DNA of 29,529 bases from Cladosporium halotolerans. Its lineage: Eukaryota. The notes below the pieces were generated by a model. The model saw only the letters and a list, made by a program, of their open reading frames with translations. It had not been told where the DNA came from and did not search any database. Below, one piece after another: positions 21,677-29,529 of the stretch (positions are counted from its first letter, which is position 1; each line of letters starts with the position of its first letter). The translations under genes were made by a program, and so were the position numbers. Location: the NCBI RefSeq assembly GCF_011745625.1, contig NW_027191504.1, positions 62,001 through 91,529 on the forward strand, written 5' to 3'.

Positions 21677-23139
21677 GGTCGTGCACTGGTACTGTACCCT
21701 TAAGCTTCGACCTGGGGCTGCGGACTGCGCTGGCACATGGCTTACTACCTAGGTACTGACAGCTGAGGGTAGGGGTCATACATTGTGGCGGATATAGGTG
21801 TGGGGAGTACATGCAATGACTATAGTAGTTGCGACGGTATGCGCCGCCTCGCGATAATGCGCGCGATGGCGATGTCTGGAATAATGCCTCGTCAGACAAA
21901 ATGCGCGATTTCCCAAAGGCACGATGGATCGCAGCGTCGGCTTGTCCACGGCGCTGGAATATCACGCTCGCGAAGTGCATGGCGCACTCGTTGACAATGA
22001 GCGCATAGACTTTCTCCTTTGTTCTACGTCCCGACGTATAGGATAACCCACGCTGGAGGTAATCCCTCGTGATCAACAAAGAATCTATTCATAGCCCCCC
22101 GTCACACCCCACTCAGAGCCTCAATTCCTCAGGCCGATCGCCTTGAGGCATTGGCAACAGCCCACCTCAGCTCGCGCGCAGACACCAATCCTTCCACACT
22201 CAAACCCTCCTCTCACCTCAATGTCATTCGCCGACCGACCCGTGACCACCGCCCAAACCGCAAGGCGCAAGCGCTGCGCCTCCTTAACCCTCCAATCCTT
22301 CCTCCACCCCCCATGCACCGAAGCCCCATAGAAGCTCAGGCGCCGCAGCCTCAGGCCGCCGATCCGCACAGCTTTCCCCACAAATCTTCGAGAGAGAGTT
22401 CACAAGCACGCATGCCGACTCTTCCGACCCTGGCTGGCGGGCGCAGAGTCGATGGTATCACGACTTGCTGCGCGCGGGCGTCAGCTCTCGCGCGCGCGCG
22501 GTGATTTGTTGGAGCAGACAGTACAGTGTCTGTGCCAGGGCTTCGCGCTCGGCTTGGACACTGCCGAGCGCGACGGCGCATGACAGCGCCAAGGCAGTCG
22601 GCCGGCGATGAGGATGAAGAAGCGGGTCCGATTGTTCCGCCCTATGAGGCTGGCAAGATTGTTAGATGTGACAGGTAGCGGACTGCTCTCTTTGCGCTGC
22701 TGCAGGAGTGCCTCAGTCACCTAAGGGGACTCCACCCGGCACGGCAGCCGGCAGCGCTACCCAATCCTTCGAGGCTTTGCGCTGCTGAGCATCGGGGCTC
22801 ATCTGCGTCTCGTGACTTGCGGGTGGGGTCGTCCATGTGCGGGCCGAGAGCTAGCGCTGCGCGGCCAAGCCGCTTCGCGCGCCGGGGTGCTTGTCTGACG
22901 TGCTGGAGGGAGAGAGGTGGTGAGTACTTGTATGACAGCTGCTGCCCGTCGGAGGGACTGGTGTTGTTGTTCTGATAACATTCAAATACGGTATTATTCT
23001 GAGGTTTTGAAAGAGATCGTTCTTTTTGATACCTTCTGATCAAGTCACTTTACACTCCATCAACTGCGATCGACACTTTCTATCGCTACAGCAAACAAAC
23101 GCCATCAACAAACCAGCCGCCTAAGCAAAAACCGCCACA

Positions 23140-24309
23140 ATGAGCCTCCCTCAAACCAACGGCGGCGGCGACACCTCCAAGCGCGTCTCCCAAGGCGACT
23201 CCACCGCGCCCACGCGCAGCCCCGGCGACCCCATCGTCCACGTCCAGCCGCCGCGCCGCGAGGACCTCCAGCCCTCCTACGCCCAGGTCATCAAGCCGGA
23301 CTCCGAGGATGCCTCCAATACCGGCTGGTACGGCGGCATGATCAACAGCCTGGGCTCCTTCATCGGCACGCTCGGCGCCATCCCCTGCTGCATCGTCTGC
23401 CCCAACCCCTACAAGCCCGTCGAGCAGGGTAATGTCGGCCTGGTCACGAAGTTCGGCCGCTTCGCGCGCGCCGTCGACCCCGGTCTCGTCAAGATCAACC
23501 CGCTTTCGGAGTCGCTTGTGCAGGTCGATGTCAAGATTCAGATTGTTGGTAAGTCGCGGCATATCCCCTTCCTCACACCATGATTGCGATCGCTGACACC
23601 CCACCCAACAGAGGTCCCCAAACAAGTCTGCATGACCAAAGACAACGTGAACCTGACCCTCACCTCCGTAATCTACTACCACATCACGTCCCCGCACAAA
23701 GCCGCCTTCGGCATTTCCAACATCCGCCAAGCCCTCGTCGAGCGCACGCAGACGACCCTCCGGCACGTCATCGGCGCCCGCGTCCTGCAGGACGTCATCG
23801 AGCGCCGCGAGGAGATCGCCCAGAGCATCCGCGAGATCATCGAGGAGACCGCCAGCGGCTGGGGCGCCAACGTCGAGAGCATGCTGATCAAGGACATCAT
23901 CTTCAGCCAGGACCTGCAGGACTCGCTGTCCATGGCGGCGCAGAGCAAGCGCACGGGCGAGGCCAAAGTCATCTCCGCGCGCGCCGAGGTCGAGAGCGCC
24001 AAGCTCATGCGCCAGGCCGCCGACATCCTGTCCTCCGCCCCCGCCATGCAGATCCGCTACCTCGAGGCCATGCAGCAGATGGCCAAGCAGAGCAACTCCA
24101 AGGTCATCTTCATGCCGGGCCCGTCCGCGCAGCCCGCGGGCAACATGCAGGCGCAGTTGGATGCCGTCGGCGAGGGCCCCAGCGCGTATGGGTACGGCGG
24201 TACGAGCCCCGGGCCCGCGGTGCAGGGGCACGGCACGGGCGCGAGCGAGTTCAGCAGCAACCCGCAGTTTCAGAACACGATCAACTCGAGTGTTGTTGAG
24301 AACATCTGA
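23140..24309 (+). CDS. Stomatin-like SPFH/Band 7 protein, about 368 aa. Exons 23140-23548 and 23612-24309
   Basis: GLVTKFGRF..VDPGL, EVPKQVCMTKDNV, QTTLRHVIG, AAQSKRTGEAKVISARAEVESAKLM, AMQIRYLE; 63-nt intron 23549-23611. Confidence 0.93.
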
Positions 24310-25092
24310 GGGGGACGTGTGATGGTGTGAGGGAGGCGCGGGGAGAGGTGGAGAGGGGATGATTGTTTGATACCCATTCTCTTTTTATTTTGGTTTGGTC
24401 ATGATTATGGCAGATTGATGACTTGGGAATTTTAATGACGGTCTTTTGGTTTTGAGGGTAGTCTTTGTATGATTATCCGACGATTTCTCAACTCGACGAC
24501 TTCTCGATTGCCGAAACTCCTGAAGCGCTCACTGCGACGCGGCCATTTCAAAACCCGTTATAACTATGAATTCATAACAATAGACGAAGGCTTAATGAAA
24601 CAATTGGTGACGGAAGGACACCCATGTTGGCAACACGATCACCAGACACTCTCTCTGGTCGATTCTCGTGGTCATCGAGCGAATACGGCGAAATTCAGTG
24701 AGTGACGCAACGGGATAAACGGACTTGAACGCCTTCTTCATCAGAAATCGGGTCTGGACAGAGCACACTTCGAGACAATTGACGTGAATCGATACAGAGC
24801 TTGGGCCGAATCACGTGCCGGTGACCCTTGGACCCTTACCGACCGTGACGACCGAATGAGCCGCAGCCGATCTCTTGCCCTAACCGAAGCCTTTTCCACC
24901 TTTTCCGCCTCCATTCCGACATCCAAGCCGTTGCCGACGAGCACCTCGATGGGTCGAAGGGTCTTGGAGGAAGTGGGACCCCAACAACGACATGTATTGC
25001 TATAAGATCCGTACTCGATCAATTTGCTTGAATTTGAGCAACTCACCTGAAACCACACAAATTCCTCCTCTTTCATATACCTACTTCCAATC

Positions 25093-26131
25093 ATGCTCCC
25101 GACCCACTTCACCCTAAACACCGGCGCCCAGATCCCCGCCGTCGGCTTCGGCACCTGGCAGGCGGCGCCAAAAGAAGTCGAGCACGCCGTCGCCGAGGCC
25201 CTCAAGCAGGGCTACCGCCACATCGACTGCGCCGCCATCTACCGCAACGAAGTCGAAGTGGGCGCCGGCATCAAGCAGTCCGGCGTCAAGCGCGAGGACA
25301 TCTTCATCACGGGCAAGCTGTGGAACACTAAGCATGATCCCGCGGACATCGAGGCGGCGCTGGACAAGACGCTGCAGGATCTGGGGACCGACTACGTCGA
25401 TTTGTACCTGATGCATTGGCCGGTGTAAGTTCTCCCCGGAGTCTGTACAGACATCGAAGTCTTTCGTCCGATCCGCAACTAACACCATTCGCAGTGCCTT
25501 CGCCGCCGGCGATAAATTCTTCCCTCTCGACTCCAACGGCGTCTTCCGCCTCGAGAACATCGACCCCTCCGTGACATACAAAGCGATGGAAGCCCTGCTC
25601 GCCACCGGCAAAGCCCGCGCCATCGGCGTCTCCAACTTCACCGTCCCCGCGCTCACCTCCCTCCTCTCCCAAACAACCGTCGTCCCCGCCGTCAACCAAA
25701 TCGAAGCCCACCCCTACCTCCAACAACCCGACTTGCTCACCTTCTGCAAGGAAAAGGGCATCCTGATCGAAGCTTACTCGCCGCTGGGCAATAACCAGAC
25801 GGGCGAGCCGAGGACGGTCGACGATGAGGTTGTTCACGAGGTTGCGAGGGAGCTCGGGATGGATCCCGGCGTCGTGCTGGGCAGCTGGGGCGTGCAGAGG
25901 GGGACGGTCGTGTTGCCGAAGAGCGTGACGCCGAGCAGGATTAAGTCCAATCTGGCGGTCAAGGCGCTGCCGGAGGAGCAGTTGAGGAAGCTGGATGGGC
26001 TGGAGAGGCACAAGAGGTTCAATTTCCCGGCGAGGTGGGGGTTTGATATCTTTGGGGAAGCGGGGGAGGAGAAGGTGGCGAGGATTGCGAGGGAGGCGGG
26101 GGAGGAGAATAAAACCAAGTTTACTGTTTGA
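25093..26131 (+). CDS. Aldo-keto reductase (Gcy1/Ypr1-like NADP-dependent alcohol/aldehyde reductase), about 322 aa. Exons 25093-25424 and 25495-26131
   Basis: [66 protein letters not shown]; intron 25425-25494. Confidence 0.94.
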
Positions 26132-26528
26132 AGTGGTTTCGTGAAGTAGATAGATATACATGAACTGACGAATGAGCAAAAGTCATTGGTTTGAGAGTTG
26201 GCCTTGACTCGACGACAAGACGATCGCCGCGAGATGAGTCCTTCATTGATCGAGCATTGTCGGACATCGTCGCCCGAACGATCGGCTTTGCTAAATAATA
26301 GAAGAAAGAATTGCGAAAGCCGGTTTGTCCATCGATCGTTTGTTACACACAATGAACAATAACCTCCCCTTTGTCATTCCTTTTATATCCTCCCGCTAGT
26401 CCATTGTCCGATCCCACATTGTATAAGTCTGATCCTCCCTGTCCTGTCCACCCAGTTCCTCCCCTAGAAATCCCATACAACAAAACCACCAACCAAACCC
26501 TGTACCAGTACGAACAGACCCAACTGAA

Positions 26529-26927
26529 ATGCAGCTCATCCACCTCACAACCCTCCTGGCCCTGACCGCCGCCCTCCCCAGCACCATGGCCCTCTACCCC
26601 TGGAACTCGCGCCTGCAAGTCTACGACATCGGCGAGATCCACGGGCGCGTCAAGCGGCCCTCGCAGCCCGCGCGCACCATGGGCCGCTGCGCCGGCGGCG
26701 ACATCCCCGAGGGCGGCTACGGCTGCGGCAACTTCGGCAAGACCGGCACCGCCATCTACAAGTGCCGCGGCGGCTGGCTGCACCACTACGAGACGTGCCG
26801 CTGGGCGAGCGCGGGCGGCGGACAGTGCGTTAAGAACCAGCTGAAGAAGGGCAAGAAGTTCTATCCGTTCCAGGATGGGAAGAAGGTTGTTTGCGTGCAG
26901 CCGAAGGATACGCCGGGGAGGTCGTAG
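26529..26927 (+). CDS. Small secreted cysteine-rich cationic protein (effector/antimicrobial candidate), 132 aa, intronless
   Basis: Hydrophobic N-terminal signal peptide, 6 Cys, Gly/Lys-rich, strong GC3 codon bias, GAAATG start context. Confidence 0.8.
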   Translation: MQLIHLTTLLALTAALPSTMALYPWNSRLQVYDIGEIHGRVKRPSQPARTMGRCAGGDIPEGGYGCGNFGKTGTAIYKCRGGWLHHYETCRWASAGGGQCVKNQLKKGKKFYPFQDGKKVVCVQPKDTPGRS

Positions 26928-27337
26928 ATGAGGTGAGGTAGGTGATGAGATGAGGGCGGTGAGGCCGTGGCAGGTTCCGCGGTCGGTGTCGTCGAGGTGT
27001 GTTTAGAAGATTGAATAGATTTATATTCTTCTAAGTGAATGTCGTTCCGTTTCCCTTCTCCTTTGTTTTCGTTATGCGTCGTTTGTGCTTTGTTGTATGC
27101 TTGCATGCTGTGATTCCAGAGAGATCAACGAGGGTTTGTCACTAGCTCTTCCTGGTATCATCGGAATCTGTCATCTTGCGGAAAGAGTACCGTCAGTCTT
27201 GGATTCACTCCAATGGTGCCTTTGAGTTGTCCTGTTATCGAAAAAGTCCCAACTGGAAGAGAATCTGCAAAGAACTCCTCGCTCCTTGGTGCTGCCAGCG
27301 ATGGATGTCGCGCTCGCTTGGCCAGGGAGGGCTCATC

Positions 27338-28330
27338 TCATACAGGGGAGGCGCGCGAGCTGCGTTTGTAGTTGTCACTCGTGTCCACCATCGCCACATC
27401 TGCAGACTCGCGCGAGCTCGAGTCAACATTGTTCTTCCATCTTCTCGGCTCCAAGTCGCCAATGTACCACGTGGCGAAGATGACCATGACAGCAGCCATC
27501 AGTAGAGCATCCATAATGTAGATGAAGACTTCGTGCGAGATCAGATATCCATCATTGCCTTGCAAGTATTCGACGACACGGAAGATGCTGCGGATGAGGA
27601 TAAGTGTACTCGTGGTGTACAGGACATAAAGGTGCCGCTTCCACGGCACGCGACCCCTGAGAGACTGGCTAGTCGGCGACTTCTGCATGCGCGTGTGGAA
27701 AAGGACGCTGGTGGCGACAAAGAAGCCGAAAATCGCGATCTGCACGAAGAGACCGGCGATAATGATCTTTTCCCCCAGCTCATACATGTCCAGCGTTCCG
27801 GATGATTGGATGCCGCCGCCAGCTGCTTGCAGGCTGAACGCGATCACGTCGCCGGTGACGAAGATCTTTGTGACCCATTTGTTAGGGATGAGCGAGAGGT
27901 GTTCGGCTCCCAGAGCACGGATGAGTCGGCCGAGGATCATATAGATTGAAGCGGCGAAGAGAGCTGGGCTGACGAGGATCAGGATTGCCTGCATGACGAA
28001 TCCTCCGATGGCATCTTGGTTGAAGTGCGACCAGATTCGTCCGCAATAACCGACTGTCTGAACTATAAGCATGTAGCAAGTCAGTATACAATGTGCTTGC
28101 ATGCTTTGAAGGCCTGAATCAGACGATCTCATACATATGCCACCGATCAAAAATGGTGTGAAGTAGTATGCTCGAGCTTTCTTGAGAAGCCATCCGTGGA
28201 GCGCCGTGAGAATGCCAAAGACTATGACAGCGACGATCGCTGCCGGTAATGAAGGATTGTAACGGTAAAGCTTGAAGTCGAAGTATTCGGAATTGGCCTC
28301 AGTGGCCGAGGAAGCGTCATTGGAAGCCAT
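27338..28330 (-). CDS. RTA1-like (lipid-translocating exporter family) 7TM protein, about 306 aa. Exons 28330-28135 and 28062-27338
   Basis: LYRYNPSLPAA, PALFAASIYMILGR, KIFVTGDVIAFSLQAAGGG, LILIRSIFRVVEY, HEVFIYIMDA. A 72-nt in-frame intron (28134-28063, GTATGA..CTGAC..TAG) gives GGIF|QTVGY. Confidence 0.93.
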   Translation of the reverse strand: MASNDASSATEANSEYFDFKLYRYNPSLPAAIVAVIVFGILTALHGWLLKKARAYYFTPFLIGGICMRSSDSGLQSMQAHCILTCYMLIVQTVGYCGRIWSHFNQDAIGGFVMQAILILVSPALFAASIYMILGRLIRALGAEHLSLIPNKWVTKIFVTGDVIAFSLQAAGGGIQSSGTLDMYELGEKIIIAGLFVQIAIFGFFVATSVLFHTRMQKSPTSQSLRGRVPWKRHLYVLYTTSTLILIRSIFRVVEYLQGNDGYLISHEVFIYIMDALLMAAVMVIFATWYIGDLEPRRWKNNVDSSSRESADVAMVDTSDNYKRSSRASPV

Positions 28331-28402
28331 TGCGAGTAGTTATTACGGATTGCAGAGAGGTCAACGCAGTTTGTTGAAGATGTCCTGGTATAACAAAAGC
28401 AG

Positions 28403-28737
28403 TCGTACAGCGTGAGGTGGATTATGCGAAGACGGACCCATCGTACATTTTATCCTGCAGAAGTGTCGGCAATGGTTCCAAGATCGTACCTGGCGTGCGC
28501 GGTTGCTAAACCACTTATGTATCTTCAAATGGCGCGATGTTGTCACCGAGATCTTGGGGCCCGTGGTACAGCTCGCATACCTCGGACAGCAAGCAAGCGT
28601 CCGAGTATGTCCGAGGTCGTCGAAGCAAGATCTCGGACTTTTCGCACTTTTCGGATACCTCGCATTGAACAATTCGTCTAGACCCAAATTTGGTCGATCT
28701 ATTCGGATAGAGTCGGACTTCATGCGAGACATGCGAG
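28403..28737. promoter_or_regulatory. Array of 16 TCG[GCT]A[CT] motifs upstream of the RTA1-like gene (candidate C6 TF binding sites)
   Basis: Copies on both strands, several at 9-10 bp spacing (details in findings). Confidence 0.6.
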
Positions 28738-29118
28738 GTGGCTGAGACTACATTGAATCGTGGACGGCCGATGCTTGCGGAGCCCGAGAGAGATGACCAT
28801 TGAATGTCTGTTGGTTTGCGAGATGCAAAATAGAAACATTTTCTTCGGAAACTTAAATGTTGAGTGTCCCTGATGGCAAAAGTCGCCGGGCAGGTCATGA
28901 CAATACGGAAATATGTCGCCCAGTAAGCCTAGCGCCATCCAATGATGCAAAAGCCCCAAATGAGATCTTGCGCTTGCGTCCATGATGATTGAATTTAGCT
29001 TTCAGCTGTATCGCGCATCCACCATAGTACTTGCGTGCTAAAAAGTGTTGGAAGCGAACTTGAGGCCAGCGTCCCAGCATTGTGTCCACATTGGGAAATC
29101 TTCGCAGCCCGCTCAATT

Positions 29119-29529
29119 TCAGTAAGGAGGTATCCATCCGATTTCTTCGATCGGCCACTGTATCCAAATTCGGTGATCTGCATCAAGGATTTCCCAAGCT
29201 CTCGACAGCAGGAACGTATCCCAGCCATTCAGCCACTTCGACCAATTGACTGCATTCAAAACGATGAGGCTATGGACGAATATCACAACCGCCTCTTGTC
29301 TTCCTTGTTTCAGCAAAGGCATGAAGTCTTCGGCAACGGCAAAGTGCCACACGAAAACATCCGTGATATCCATGTTGTGGGCTTGTGGAGAAAGTGCCAG
29401 GCTCACTTGGCAGCGAAGCTCGCGAATCGCCAGTGCTGTTATTGGTTCGGTTGGTGCTGGTTCTGTGGTCAAACCGACACCAACCGGCAACTCGACATGT
29501 AAGAACCATTTGACCAGATGGTGAACCAT
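29119..29529 (-). CDS. 3' end of a probable Upc2/Ecm22-like Zn2Cys6 transcription factor, truncated by the window edge
   Basis: C-terminal pattern VFVWHFAVAEDFMPLLKQGRQEAVVIFVH....W..GW.......I...L......WIQWP is typical of sterol-uptake-control-like C6 factors. The DNA-binding domain lies outside the window. Confidence 0.72.
   Translation of the reverse strand: MVHHLVKWFLHVELPVGVGLTTEPAPTEPITALAIRELRCQVSLALSPQAHNMDITDVFVWHFAVAEDFMPLLKQGRQEAVVIFVHSLIVLNAVNWSKWLNGWDTFLLSRAWEILDADHRIWIQWPIEEIGWIPPY

Noticed and set aside
23086..24231. 381-aa antisense ORF opposite stomatin (similar antisense ORFs lie over the AKR and the ATPase)
   Set aside because: Typical antisense open frame of high-GC3 genes; no independent features.
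25093..26131. Idea that the AKR is the galacturonate-pathway GaaD/Gar1 and belongs with the NRPS-like module
   Set aside because: It lies 14 kb away with unrelated genes between, and I cannot assign the subfamily by eye beyond a generic Gcy1/Ypr1-like AKR.
28572..28737. CRISPR-like or tandem-repeat interpretation of the motif array
   Set aside because: Eukaryotic context; units are 6-7 bp, degenerate and on both strands, with no repeat-spacer structure.

Overview
Gene-dense window from a filamentous ascomycete (Pezizomycotina-type short GT-AG introns with CTRAC-like branch points). I can support 15 protein-coding genes, most with hand-resolved exon structures. In order: Gfo/Idh/MocA oxidoreductase (-), Zn2Cys6 transcription factor (+), NRPS-like adenylate-forming reductase (A-T-R) with an extra C-terminal gluconokinase-like domain (-), ACS/Dal5-Tna1-type MFS transporter (+), PTH11-like membrane protein (+), CsgA-like SDR (-), Ilt1-like PQ-loop protein (+), an orphan three-exon gene missing from the ORF track (+), an SSXT/SS18-like Q/P-rich protein (-), a COG3044/MRB1590-like ABC-class ATPase with an RGG-like N-terminus (+), stomatin (+), aldo-keto reductase (+), a small secreted cationic 6-Cys protein (+), an RTA1-like protein (-) and the 3' end of a Upc2-like C6 transcription factor (-). 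The best candidate for an undescribed system is the compact cluster of TF, A-T-R-kinase fusion and carboxylate transporter (2314-10836). It suggests import, reduction and phosphorylation of a (sugar-)acid. A second notable signal is a phased array of 16 TCG[GCT]A[CT] motifs upstream of the RTA1-like gene. No rRNA, tRNA, CRISPR or transposon was recognised. All family calls come from motif recognition, not database searches.
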